Of a stretch of DNA of 64,000 nucleotides, positions 39,721 through 49,432 are shown one piece after another. Position numbers and translations under genes: made by a program. Source of the DNA: an uncultured SAR86 cluster bacterium. Its GTDB lineage: Bacteria; Pseudomonadota; Gammaproteobacteria; Magnimaribacterales; AG-339-G14. Below the pieces are notes generated by a model that did no database searches, was not told the origin of the DNA, and was given only the letters and a program-made list of their open reading frames with translations. The stretch's first letter is position 1; each line of letters opens with the position of its first letter. Location of the stretch: assembly GCA_902526045.1 (NCBI GenBank), contig CABZJI010000002.1:78503-142502 (forward strand), written 5' to 3'.

Positions 39721-40575
39721 ATGAAATTTGAAGGAACTAAATCTTATATCTCAACTGAAGATCTTAGTATGGCAGTCAATGCTGCTATTAACTTAGAAAG
39801 ACCTTTGCTTATCAAAGGAGAGCCTGGCACGGGTAAAACAATGCTCGCCTTAGAAGTTGCTGAATCACTGGGATTACCTTTGTATGAGTGGAATATAAAA
39901 TCAACGACCAAAGCTCAACAAGGTCTGTATGAATATGATGCTGTTACAAGACTTAGAGATTCTCAACTTGGAGATGAGAGGGTTAAGGATATCTCAAATT
40001 ACATAGAAAAAGGGAAGCTGTGGGAGGCTTTCGTTTCAGGAGAAAGAGCAGTATTGCTGATTGATGAAATAGACAAAGCTGATATTGAATTTCCTAATGA
40101 CTTATTGCAAGAAATTGATCGCATGGAATTTTATGTTTATGAAACTAAAGAAACTGTTAAAGCTATTCATAGACCAATTGTAATTATTACTAGTAACAAC
40201 GAAAAGGAATTACCGGATGCATTTTTAAGAAGGTGTTTTTTTCATTACATTTCATTCCCTGATAGAGAAACTATGCAAGATATCGTTAAAGTTCATCATC
40301 CAAAGATAAAACAAAAGTTAGTAAAAGAAGCCTTAGATATTTTCTTTGATGTCAGAAAAGTTCCTGGTTTAAAAAAGAAACCATCAACGTCTGAATTAGT
40401 GGACTGGTTAAAATTGCTTATGTCGGACGACCTCCCTGATGAAATACTTAAGAATAGAGATGCTACAAAGGCTATACCACCTCTATACGGTGCATTGATC
40501 AAAAATGAACAAGATGTCCAATTGCTTGAAAGACTTGCTTTCATGGCAAGGAGAGAATCTGGAAATCAACAATAA
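39721..40575 (+). CDS. MoxR-like AAA+ ATPase (CoxD-like)
   Basis: GEPGTGKT Walker A, LLIDEIDKAD Walker B and ELPDAFLRRC. Confidence 0.93.
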   Translation: MKFEGTKSYISTEDLSMAVNAAINLERPLLIKGEPGTGKTMLALEVAESLGLPLYEWNIKSTTKAQQGLYEYDAVTRLRDSQLGDERVKDISNYIEKGKLWEAFVSGERAVLLIDEIDKADIEFPNDLLQEIDRMEFYVYETKETVKAIHRPIVIITSNNEKELPDAFLRRCFFHYISFPDRETMQDIVKVHHPKIKQKLVKEALDIFFDVRKVPGLKKKPSTSELVDWLKLLMSDDLPDEILKNRDATKAIPPLYGALIKNEQDVQLLERLAFMARRESGNQQ

Positions 40576-41750
40576 TGCTTTTAAATTTATTTGGAACACT
40601 TAGAAAAACCGGAGTGCCTTGCACCTTAAGGGAGTTCTTGGATTTATTAGCAGGATTAGAAAAACAATTAGTTTTTGCTAATTCTGAAGACTTTTATTAC
40701 CTTTCAAGGGCAACGCTAGTTAAAGATGAAAAACACTATGATAAGTTTGATAGAGCTTTTGATATATATTTTAAAGGCCTTGAGACACTTGACGATATTA
40801 TTGAAGCTCTAGTTCCAGAAGATTGGTTACGTAAAGAGTTTGAGAAATTCTTATCTGAGGATGAACTAAAAAAAATTAAATCTCTTGGAGGTCTAGAAAA
40901 GCTGTTAGAAGAATTCAAGAAAAGATTAGAAGAACAGAAGGGAAGACATGAAAAGGGAGACAAATGGGTTGGAACTGGAGGAACATCTCCTTATGGTAAT
41001 GCAGGCTCTAATCCAGAAGGCATCAGAGTTGATGGAGAAGGAAAACAAAATAAAGCTGTGAAGGTTTGGCAACAAAGAGATTATAAAAATTTAGATGACT
41101 CTATAGAGCTTGGAACAAGAAATATAAAAATGGCTCTAAGAAGATTGAGAAAATTTGCCCGTCAAGGTCTCGAGGAAGAATTTGATTTAGATGGCACTAT
41201 CAAACACACTGCAAAAAATGCCGGTCTCTTAGATATCAAAATGATAGCTGAAAAGCAGAATGCAGTTAAAGTTCTCGTTTTTTTTGATGTTGGCGGTTCC
41301 ATGGATCCTCATATTAAAGTATGCGAAGAACTTTTCTCAGCAGTTAAAACTGAATTTAAGCATCTTGAATATTTTTACTTTCATAATTTCATTTATGAAT
41401 CTGTTTGGAAAGATAATAGGCGTAGACAAAATGAGAGAATTAAAACGGATGACATTCTTCACAAATATGGATCAGATTACAAAGTTATCTTCGTAGGCGA
41501 TGCAACAATGGCACCATATGAGATAACTAATCCAGGAGGAAGTATTGAACACTGGAATGAAGAGGCTGGCTCATTGTGGATGAAAAAAATTACAACTATT
41601 TACGATAAGGTCGCATGGTTAAATCCTGTTCCATCTGAACACTGGGATTACTCTGCATCCATAGACATAACTAGAACTTTAATTGAAGATCGAATGTATG
41701 GTCTCACATTGAAAGGTCTAGAAGATGGAATGTCTTATTTATCAAAATAA
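40575..41750 (+). CDS. VWA-domain CoxE-like partner protein
   Basis: GTGGTSPYG, MIDAS-like DVGGSM, FVGDATM and WLNP motifs; start abuts the ATPase stop. Confidence 0.9.
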   Translation: MLLNLFGTLRKTGVPCTLREFLDLLAGLEKQLVFANSEDFYYLSRATLVKDEKHYDKFDRAFDIYFKGLETLDDIIEALVPEDWLRKEFEKFLSEDELKKIKSLGGLEKLLEEFKKRLEEQKGRHEKGDKWVGTGGTSPYGNAGSNPEGIRVDGEGKQNKAVKVWQQRDYKNLDDSIELGTRNIKMALRRLRKFARQGLEEEFDLDGTIKHTAKNAGLLDIKMIAEKQNAVKVLVFFDVGGSMDPHIKVCEELFSAVKTEFKHLEYFYFHNFIYESVWKDNRRRQNERIKTDDILHKYGSDYKVIFVGDATMAPYEITNPGGSIEHWNEEAGSLWMKKITTIYDKVAWLNPVPSEHWDYSASIDITRTLIEDRMYGLTLKGLEDGMSYLSK

Positions 41751-41752
41751 AT

Positions 41753-42670
41753 TTGTCTGAGAACGCTCTTAAAATTAAAAATCTCTCGAAGGTCTATGGA
41801 GATGATGTCGTTGCACTAAATAATATTTCTCTTGAAGTTAAAAAAGGGGATTTTTATGCATTGCTTGGTCCAAATGGAGCAGGAAAATCAACCACAATTG
41901 GAATCGTTAGCTCATTAGTAACCAAAACGTCTGGATTAGTAGAGTTGATGGGCATAGATATTGATGTAAACCACAGTAAAGCAAAAAAAAATCTTGGTGT
42001 AGTCGGTCAAGAGGTTAATTTCAATCAATTTGAAACTGTGTTACAAATTTTAGAACAACAGGCAGGATACTTTGGACTACCGAGAAAAATTATAAAGGAA
42101 AGATCTGAGTACTATTTAAGAAATCTTGGCCTTTGGGACAAGAAAAATGAACAGGGCAGAAACCTTTCGGGTGGAATGAAAAGAAGGCTTATGGTTGCAA
42201 AGGCTCTTATCAATAATCCAGATCTTTTGATTTTAGATGAACCAACTGCAGGAGTTGATATTGAGCTCAGAAGATCTTTATGGGATTTTCTAATTGAAAT
42301 AAATAATAAAGGAACTACCATTATCTTGACTACTCATTATTTAGAGGAAGCTGAAAAGCTTTGTAAAAATATTTCGATTATTGATAAAGGAGAAATAGTA
42401 AAGACGTCGTCAATGCAATCTTTGTTGAGGGAGCTAGATACTGAAATTTTTATATTTGATTTAAAAGACTCTATTGAACCCAGTAAAATCTCCAACAGTC
42501 CTTTTGCAATCAAAATTTTAGATAAATTTCAAATTTCCGTTGAGATAAATAAATCTCAAAATTTGAATGAAATTTTTGCTTACTTAAATGAAAATAAATT
42601 AAACATTCTTAGTATGAGAAACGAAACCAATAGGTTGGAAGAATTATTTTTGGATTTAACAGAAAAATGA
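41753..42670 (+). CDS. ABC-2 type transporter ATP-binding protein (YadG-like)
   Basis: GPNGAGKST, LSGGMKRR and ILDEPTAGVDIELR motifs. Confidence 0.92.
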   Translation: MSENALKIKNLSKVYGDDVVALNNISLEVKKGDFYALLGPNGAGKSTTIGIVSSLVTKTSGLVELMGIDIDVNHSKAKKNLGVVGQEVNFNQFETVLQILEQQAGYFGLPRKIIKERSEYYLRNLGLWDKKNEQGRNLSGGMKRRLMVAKALINNPDLLILDEPTAGVDIELRRSLWDFLIEINNKGTTIILTTHYLEEAEKLCKNISIIDKGEIVKTSSMQSLLRELDTEIFIFDLKDSIEPSKISNSPFAIKILDKFQISVEINKSQNLNEIFAYLNENKLNILSMRNETNRLEELFLDLTEK

Positions 42671-43440
42671 ACTACACAGAACAGATTAATGCTCTTTTAA
42701 GTCTTATTAAAAAAGAACTAAATAGGTTTTTCAGAATTTGGACTCAAAGTTTGATTCCTCCAGTTGCAACCTCGGTATTGTACTTCGTAATTTTTGGTTC
42801 TTTAATTGGAAAAAGAATTGGAGACATGGGAGGAGTAGATTACATGCAATTCATGGCTCCTGGATTAGTTATGCTTTCCGTTATCACTAATTCCTACTCT
42901 AATGTAGTTGCTTCCTTTTTTGGAGTTAAATTCCAAAAAAGCATCGAAGAGCTTTTAGTATCTCCAATGCCGATATATTTGATAATGATAGGATTCGTTG
43001 TGGGTGGAGTGGCAAGAGGAATTATAGTTGGATTTCTCGTGATGATAACTGCTCTTTTTTTTACCAAATTGGAAGTTCAGAACATACCTTTAACTCTTTT
43101 AATTGTAATTTTGACCGCTACTTTATTTTCTTTAGCTGGAATGATTAATGCAATCTTTGCAAATAGTTTTGATGACATTAGCATTGTGCCAACTTTTGTA
43201 TTAACTCCCTTGATCTATTTGGGTGGAGTTTTTTACTCCATTGAACTTCTCTCAGATTTTTGGCAAGGAGTTTCTAAAATTAATCCTATTTTGTACATGG
43301 TTAATTCTTTTCGATACGGAATGATAGGTATTTCAGATATTAGTGTCGATTACGCTATTTTAATGATCTGTTTATTTATTTTAGTACTTTCAGTTTTTGT
43401 CTATACTCTTCTAAAAAAAGGAATTGGGATTAGAACTTAA
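42667..43440 (+). CDS. ABC-2 type permease (YadH-like)
   Basis: RFFRIWTQSLIPP, NSYSNVVASFF and LTPLIYLGGVFYS motifs. Confidence 0.92.
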   Translation: MNYTEQINALLSLIKKELNRFFRIWTQSLIPPVATSVLYFVIFGSLIGKRIGDMGGVDYMQFMAPGLVMLSVITNSYSNVVASFFGVKFQKSIEELLVSPMPIYLIMIGFVVGGVARGIIVGFLVMITALFFTKLEVQNIPLTLLIVILTATLFSLAGMINAIFANSFDDISIVPTFVLTPLIYLGGVFYSIELLSDFWQGVSKINPILYMVNSFRYGMIGISDISVDYAILMICLFILVLSVFVYTLLKKGIGIRT

Positions 43441-44484
43441 ATGTTTGATTTTTTAATAGGAATTTTATTTTTCCTTTCATCTTTCAGCTTTAGTGAGTTC
43501 ATAGAAATAGAGAATTGCGATGACGACGATTCTTTTTCAATCGTTTGCGGATTTCAAAATCCAGAGGATTTGTATTTATCTCCTTCGAAAAATAAAATAA
43601 TTATTTCAGAATTTGGCTCTCTGGCTCCAATCACTAAATATGGGGAAATATCTTTCTATGACTTAGTTTCTGAATCTAAAAAAAGTCCAAATTTTCTTTA
43701 CGAAGAAAATACATGGGGAGATCCAAAATGTGACAGGAAAAGCCAAAAATTATCTCCTCATGGGATGGATTTGATTCAAAGATATGACGGTAAATTCATG
43801 CTTGCTGTCGTAAACCATTTACCAAATGAATCTGTCGAATTTTATGAATTAATTGAGAGCGATACCATTGAATTGATATGGAGAGGCTGCATTGATGCGC
43901 CAAAAAATAAGTATTTTAATGATGTGGCATTAAAAACTGATGGATCTTTTTATATTACTCACATGTATGATTTCAATGCATCTCAATGGTCAATTGCTTA
44001 CGCAAGTATTACTAAAAATCCTACAGGGGAGATTTATTTTTGGAATTTAGATGACGGTTTTACTGCAGTACCCAATACAACTGGATCGTTTCCAAATGGT
44101 ATTGATTTAGATAAAAGTGAAGAAAATTTATACATAAATTATTGGTTTTCAGGTAAGACAGTAAAATTTAACCTAAAAAGCTTATCTACAGAATATGAAC
44201 ATGTAGGAGGAGGTAAAGATAACCTATTGGTTACAGATTCTGGTCTTTGGGTGGCTGCGCATGATTATTCTGGTTTAGAAAGCTTACAGTGTGATTATTC
44301 AATAATACAATGTCCTTTGCCGTTCACAATTTATCATCTAGCTTTAGAAGATTTAGATGTGCTTGGCACTTATAGTTTCTCTAATGGACAGATGGGAGCT
44401 GCCACAGTTGCACTTCCAAATAAAAATAAGATTTGGCTAGGTTCATTTCATGGAGATAGAATAGCCAGCTTCAAATTAAAATAA
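43441..44484 (+). CDS. SMP-30/arylesterase (paraoxonase-like) beta-propeller hydrolase
   Basis: NPEDL, PHGMD, VVNH..ESVEFY, NDVA, FPNGI and DNL calcium-propeller motifs. Confidence 0.8.
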   Translation: MFDFLIGILFFLSSFSFSEFIEIENCDDDDSFSIVCGFQNPEDLYLSPSKNKIIISEFGSLAPITKYGEISFYDLVSESKKSPNFLYEENTWGDPKCDRKSQKLSPHGMDLIQRYDGKFMLAVVNHLPNESVEFYELIESDTIELIWRGCIDAPKNKYFNDVALKTDGSFYITHMYDFNASQWSIAYASITKNPTGEIYFWNLDDGFTAVPNTTGSFPNGIDLDKSEENLYINYWFSGKTVKFNLKSLSTEYEHVGGGKDNLLVTDSGLWVAAHDYSGLESLQCDYSIIQCPLPFTIYHLALEDLDVLGTYSFSNGQMGAATVALPNKNKIWLGSFHGDRIASFKLK

Positions 44485-44486
44485 AT

Positions 44487-44576
44487 GGAGAGATGGCAGA
44501 GTGGTCGAATGCGCTCGCTTGGAAAGCGGGTAAGGGGGAAACTCCTTCAAGGGTTCGAATCCCTTTCTCTCCGCCA
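44487..44576 (+). tRNA. tRNA-Ser(GGA)
   Basis: GGAGAGA/TCTCTCC acceptor stem, ctcgc-ttGGAaa-gcggg anticodon arm, long variable arm, GGTTCGAATC, G-CCA end. Confidence 0.97.
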
Positions 44577-44584
44577 TTATTAAG

Positions 44585-45439
44585 ATGGAATATATAGATT
44601 CAAAATATTTTAGTTACGCTGATCCAGATGATCCCTTTCTTAAAAGATTAATTATAAGATCTATCGAATATATTTCAGGTCAACCTGAGCTTTATAAACT
44701 TTATAACGAATATCAAAGATCCCCAGAGCTATATAGGAATTTTTGGGAAGGAAGCATTAAGAAATTAAATCTTAACGTTAATTATTCTGAAGAAGCATTG
44801 AAGAAAATACCAAAAGAAGGCCCATTAGTAGTGGTTGCTAATCATCCTTTTGGAGTTTTAGATGGACTAGTAATATGTTGGCTGATGAGTCTTGTAAGAG
44901 ATGACTTTAAGGTTCTGACACATTCTTTATTGCTGAGAGCACCGGAGACAAAAGGATACCTTCTACCTGTAGATTTCGCACTTACTAAACAGGCTGTCGT
45001 GACAAACATAGAGACAAGGAAGCTCTCAAGGAAATTCCTTTCTGATGGTGGATCAATGGTTATTTTTCCTAGTGGATGTGTGTCAACAAAGATGAAGATG
45101 AGAGAAAAAATTGCCTTTGATTGCGAATGGAAGGTTTTTACTTCAAGGCTTATCAAACAAAGCGATGCAACAATAGTACCAATTTATTTTCAAGGGCAAA
45201 ACTCTCAATTATTTCATCTAGCCAGTCGTTTTGGTTTATTGTTCAGATCTGCGCTTTTATTTAAAGAAGTAAGAAGCAGAATGGGCACGGATGTACCAGT
45301 TACAATTGGTGATCCATTAAATTTGAGAGATTTCAAAGAAAATATATCCAATCAAGACCTTATAAAAAGTCTAAGAACTTTAACCTATTCTTTAGATCCT
45401 AATTTACCACCAGATCCTCCTATTGGAATGGAGTTATAA
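44585..45439 (+). CDS. Lysophospholipid acyltransferase family protein
   Basis: VANHPFGVLDG (HX4D), IFPSG and VPIYFQGQNS motifs. Confidence 0.88.
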   Translation: MEYIDSKYFSYADPDDPFLKRLIIRSIEYISGQPELYKLYNEYQRSPELYRNFWEGSIKKLNLNVNYSEEALKKIPKEGPLVVVANHPFGVLDGLVICWLMSLVRDDFKVLTHSLLLRAPETKGYLLPVDFALTKQAVVTNIETRKLSRKFLSDGGSMVIFPSGCVSTKMKMREKIAFDCEWKVFTSRLIKQSDATIVPIYFQGQNSQLFHLASRFGLLFRSALLFKEVRSRMGTDVPVTIGDPLNLRDFKENISNQDLIKSLRTLTYSLDPNLPPDPPIGMEL

Positions 45440-45524
45440 AAATTTCTAATTAATAGAATTATAAATATCTTGAAAAATATTAGTTTTCCTAATAAATTAG
45501 CATTATTAATATTTCTAGGGGGAG

Positions 45525-45689
45525 ATGTTAGTTTTAAGCAGAAAAAAAGATCAAAAATTGCTGATCGGTGAGAATGTAACTATTACTGTTCTTGAAATAA
45601 AGGGCAGTCAAGTCAGATTAGGAATTACTGCACCAAATCAAGTTCCAGTTCATAGAGAAGAGATAGTCTCTTTAGAGAAGACTACTTAA
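45525..45689 (+). CDS. csrA: Carbon storage regulator CsrA/RsmA (54 aa; not in ORF track)
   Basis: [47 protein letters not shown], followed by tRNA-Arg(ACG). Confidence 0.95.
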   Translation: MLVLSRKKDQKLLIGENVTITVLEIKGSQVRLGITAPNQVPVHREEIVSLEKTT

Positions 45690-45719
45690 CCTTTTCTACT
45701 TTATACTAAGGTTTACTGG

Positions 45720-45796
45720 GCGCCCGTAGCTCAGTTGGATAGAGCACCAGGCTACGAACTTGGGTGTCGGAGGTTCGAATCCTTCCGGGCGTGCCA
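45720..45796 (+). tRNA. tRNA-Arg(ACG)
   Basis: GCGCCCG/CGGGCGT acceptor stem, ccagg-ctACGaa-cttgg anticodon arm, GGTTCGAATC, CCA. Confidence 0.98.
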
Positions 45797-45818
45797 TTTT
45801 TTTATAGTAAAATAAGCT

Positions 45819-47192
45819 ATGGCTTTAGAGTTAAACAGCAGCAAACAACCTTTTGTAAAGATTAATTCCCCAAAATATAATCTTCAATTCCCATTTGAAA
45901 GAAATTTTGATCTTACTGATCTCATGCTTTTCACAAGAGGTGAAGAACCCTATCAACACTTTTCAAACTTAAGAAATAACGCACCAGTGTACTTCCATGA
46001 AACTGGTCCTGAAGATTCAGAACCTGGATTTTGGGTTCTAACAAAGTATAAAGATATTGAATTTGTTTCAAAAAATCAGGAAATTTTTTCTTCTCAATTA
46101 GCAGGTGGAACTCAACTTACTCATGGCTTTGAAACTCAAGATGATTTACCTTTGTATAGATCTACTATGGACCACATGCTCAGTCTCGATGGTATGTTGC
46201 ATTTAAGTATGCGTAATCCTCATATGGCTTTTTTTAACCCAAAGTACGTATCAAACTTAAGAAAGAAAGTAGAACTTAAAGTTGATGAGCTGCTGGATAA
46301 AATTGCCCCCTTAGGGAGATGCAATCTCGTTGAGGCGATCTCAGCAGAAGTTCCCATGTTTACGCTATGTGAAATGTTAGGTGTGCCTGAAGAAGATAGA
46401 CCCAAAATTATTGAATGGATGAAATTTCTGGAAATGGCCCAATTGATTGCAGCAACTCAAGTTGCAGAAAAAAGTAATGTTGAATTTTCTGAAGAGCACT
46501 CGCAAGCTGCTCCTGATCCAGCATTAGTTGAAATGTTTACAAACATGGTTTCAGAGATGTTTGATTACGGAAGAACCATTCTTGAATCTAGAAGAAAGGA
46601 TCCTAAAGATGACCTCTTATCCGTTATAGCTAATATCGAGGTTGAAGGAGAGAAACTTCCCAACGAGTATTTAGATGGCTCTTGGCTATTAATTATCTTT
46701 GCCGGGAATGACACAACAAGAAATTCTATAAGCGGAACAATGAATTTGCTATCCGAAAATCCTGATCAAAAAAATTTGGTGTTGAATGATAAAAGTCTAT
46801 TACCAAATATGGTTCATGAATCTATCAGAATGGTCTCTCCTGTTAGATACATGAGAAGAACTTCTAAATGTGATACACAAATAGGAGATCAAGAGATCGG
46901 ACCTAATGAAAAGGTGTCATTATGGTATGGTGCTGCAAATAGAGATCCTGAAATTTTTACGGATCCTAATACATACGATGTTACTCGAGAAAATGCAAAA
47001 AAACATCTTGCTTTTGGCTATGGACGTCATTTATGTCTAGGAAAGCATACAGCCAACATGCAGTTAGAAGTCGTCTACGAAAAAATATTCTCAAGGTTTC
47101 CTGAAATGAAGCAGGATGGAGAAATGATTTTAACTCCAAACAACTTTGTTAATGCCATTCAAGACGTGCCGGTTAAATTTAATCCAAAATAA
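45819..47192 (+). CDS. Cytochrome P450
   Basis: I-helix AGNDTT, ExxR (ESIR), AANRDP and heme ligand motif FGYGRHLCLG. Confidence 0.95.
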   Translation: MALELNSSKQPFVKINSPKYNLQFPFERNFDLTDLMLFTRGEEPYQHFSNLRNNAPVYFHETGPEDSEPGFWVLTKYKDIEFVSKNQEIFSSQLAGGTQLTHGFETQDDLPLYRSTMDHMLSLDGMLHLSMRNPHMAFFNPKYVSNLRKKVELKVDELLDKIAPLGRCNLVEAISAEVPMFTLCEMLGVPEEDRPKIIEWMKFLEMAQLIAATQVAEKSNVEFSEEHSQAAPDPALVEMFTNMVSEMFDYGRTILESRRKDPKDDLLSVIANIEVEGEKLPNEYLDGSWLLIIFAGNDTTRNSISGTMNLLSENPDQKNLVLNDKSLLPNMVHESIRMVSPVRYMRRTSKCDTQIGDQEIGPNEKVSLWYGAANRDPEIFTDPNTYDVTRENAKKHLAFGYGRHLCLGKHTANMQLEVVYEKIFSRFPEMKQDGEMILTPNNFVNAIQDVPVKFNPK

Positions 47193-47204
47193 AAGTTCTT
47201 GATT

Positions 47205-48074
47205 ATGAAAGCTCACCATATTTTGTGTTTATTTTGCTATTCATTGAGCCTTGCTGCAGCAGCAGTTTGTTTAAGTGCAACAGATTCTTTCGGATTTCAT
47301 CTATGGATAGATGTCCTAATTGCACATGTTATAAGCACTTTAGTAATCTATCTTTTTAGTACCTTCTATTCAAATTCCAGTTTATATGATCCTTATTGGT
47401 CCTTAGCACCAGTTCCTATTTATTTTTTCATCGCCTTATCTAATGTAAATGAAATTAATATGGAGCGTATTTTTCTTGTAGGTATTCCAGTTTGTTATTG
47501 GGCTTTAAGATTGACTCATAATTGGTTACGATCCTGGCCGGGCCTATCAAAAGAGGATTTTAGATACGTTAATTTATACGAAACTTTTGGGTCTTCAAAA
47601 TGGTTTATTAATCTCTTTGGCATTCATCTTTTTCCAACTTTGATTGTAAATTTATGTCTGTTTCCTTTGTATTTCTATTTCATTGAAAACTTTGTGGATG
47701 TAAGCATATTAGATTATTTAATATGTTTGTTTACTTTTTCAATGGTTTTACTTGAACAGATCTCTGATGAACAAATGCATACATTTAGAGGAAACACAGA
47801 AAATAAAGGGAAAACTATGAAACAAGGTCTGTGGCAATATTCTCGTCATCCAAACTATTTAGGCGAAGTAGGATTCTGGTTTGGACTATGCGGATTTGGG
47901 ATAATTGGAACTAATGGCTCGATTTTTCTTTTGGTTTGCCCCATAGCAATGCTACTGATGTTTATGTTTGCATCTATACCAATGATGGATAATAGAAGCC
48001 TTGAAAACAGGACTGATTATGAAGATTATATGAGAAAAACGTCCTCTTTGATGATCCTTCCAAGCAAGAAATGA
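47205..48074 (+). CDS. DUF1295 / steroid 5-alpha-reductase superfamily membrane protein
   Basis: NSSLYDPYW, EDFRY, SDEQ and GLWQYSRHPNYLGE motifs. Confidence 0.88.
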   Translation: MKAHHILCLFCYSLSLAAAAVCLSATDSFGFHLWIDVLIAHVISTLVIYLFSTFYSNSSLYDPYWSLAPVPIYFFIALSNVNEINMERIFLVGIPVCYWALRLTHNWLRSWPGLSKEDFRYVNLYETFGSSKWFINLFGIHLFPTLIVNLCLFPLYFYFIENFVDVSILDYLICLFTFSMVLLEQISDEQMHTFRGNTENKGKTMKQGLWQYSRHPNYLGEVGFWFGLCGFGIIGTNGSIFLLVCPIAMLLMFMFASIPMMDNRSLENRTDYEDYMRKTSSLMILPSKK

Positions 48075-48817
48075 CTATCCATCAATTAGTTATGCTTATC
48101 TGGACTTTAGTAGGTCTATCTGTGTTTATTTATTTATTTTTTCAAACTGCTCCGTATGGGAGACATCAGGAAAAAGGTTGGGGATTTGAAATAAATTCAC
48201 GATGGGGTTGGATCCTGATGGAATCTCCAGCTTTTTATTTGATGCTTGTTTTCTTGATTTTAAATTTTTCAAGCAGCTCAAATTTCTCTATTTTTGCATC
48301 CATCTTATTCATGATTCATTATTTTAATCGCAGTTTCATTTGGCCTATAAGAGCAAGAATTAAAAATAAGAGCATGCCAGTGACTATAGCTTTATCTGCT
48401 TTCTTGTTTAATTTTGTAAATGTTTATATTCAAGGAACCTGGCTATTTTATATCTCAAATTATGCTGATGACCATTTTTTCTCATTACCGTTTTTTTTGG
48501 GGCTTAGTCTATTTTTTATTGGTATGTTCATAAACATAAAATCAGATGAGATTCTATTTTCTTTGAGAAAGAAAGATGAGGGATATCAAGTACCAAAAGG
48601 ATTCATTTATAAATTTGTATCTTGTCCGAATTATTTAGGTGAATTCATAGAATGGTTAGGCTGGGCAATAATGACTTTTAGTACAGCAGGCTTAGTATTC
48701 TTTTTTTGGACTGTAGCTAATTTATTGCCAAGAGCGGTCGCTAACCACAAATGGTATAAAGAAAACTTCGAAGATTATCCGGAAGATAGAAAAGCTGTTC
48801 TTCCTAAACTATTATAG
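48071..48817 (+). CDS. 3-oxo-5-alpha-steroid 4-dehydrogenase (SRD5A-like) membrane reductase
   Basis: APYGRH, GWILMESP, HYFNRSFI, VSCPNYLGEFIEW and NLLPRA..NHKWY motifs. Confidence 0.9.
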   Translation: MTIHQLVMLIWTLVGLSVFIYLFFQTAPYGRHQEKGWGFEINSRWGWILMESPAFYLMLVFLILNFSSSSNFSIFASILFMIHYFNRSFIWPIRARIKNKSMPVTIALSAFLFNFVNVYIQGTWLFYISNYADDHFFSLPFFLGLSLFFIGMFINIKSDEILFSLRKKDEGYQVPKGFIYKFVSCPNYLGEFIEWLGWAIMTFSTAGLVFFFWTVANLLPRAVANHKWYKENFEDYPEDRKAVLPKLL

Positions 48818-48985
48818 TTTTTCTTCTAGAGTTTTCATTCTCTTTTCAAGCTCTTCAACTCTTCTGAAAATTTCTTCAACTTCTTTACTCTTGGCAAAAC
48901 CCGCTCCTTCAATATACTTTTCCAAAGCAGGCTTTAGCATTTTTTCTATATTTTTTATATCTTTAGCAATAGTAAAAGGATTCAT
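48812..48985 (-). CDS. 57 aa coiled-coil protein (not in ORF track); weak phasin/UbiK-like resemblance
   Basis: MNPFTIAKDIKNIEKMLKPALEKYIEGAGFAKSKEVEEIFRRVEELEKRMKTLEEKL*; fills the gap and overlaps the convergent stop. Confidence 0.7.
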   Translation of the reverse strand: MNPFTIAKDIKNIEKMLKPALEKYIEGAGFAKSKEVEEIFRRVEELEKRMKTLEEKL

Positions 48986-49031
48986 AATATTTATTAGTTA
49001 ATTGCTATAATTTTAACATTAGGAGGGAGAA

Positions 49032-49430
49032 ATGGATTTAACAACAAAAGTTATTTTGATTGTCTTATTTATGTTTTTTGCAACACTTTCTCTTATTTTT
49101 ATCCTTAACCCCAATTTAGTTAGTGTGTTTCCTGGTGTTGGCTTTACGAAAGAGATGATGTATGAATGGAGGTTAAGAACTATCATTCCTGCTCTTTATT
49201 TTACAATATGCTATTTCATCTATAGATTTTTTGCAGGTAGAAATCCAACTACAACTTTGTGGCCTATTTACATAGTAATAACTTCATTTGTAATTACCCA
49301 ATTTATAGCTTTTTTCTCAATGGGTATCACAATCCTACAAATCTTTTGTTTTCTAATTTCACTTGGCACAGCTTTTAATCTAAGAATGGCTGATTTAAAA
49401 CGAAGTAGACAAATAATAGGTAGATTTTAG
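49032..49430 (+). CDS. Hypothetical membrane protein
   Basis: AGGAGG RBS; about four hydrophobic segments. Confidence 0.75.
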   Translation: MDLTTKVILIVLFMFFATLSLIFILNPNLVSVFPGVGFTKEMMYEWRLRTIIPALYFTICYFIYRFFAGRNPTTTLWPIYIVITSFVITQFIAFFSMGITILQIFCFLISLGTAFNLRMADLKRSRQIIGRF

Positions 49431-49432
49431 AA

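Noticed and set aside
39721-41750. MoxR/VWA pair as evidence of CO dehydrogenase or a novel system
   Set aside because: This is a well-known widespread chaperone pair and there are no coxLMS genes in the window.
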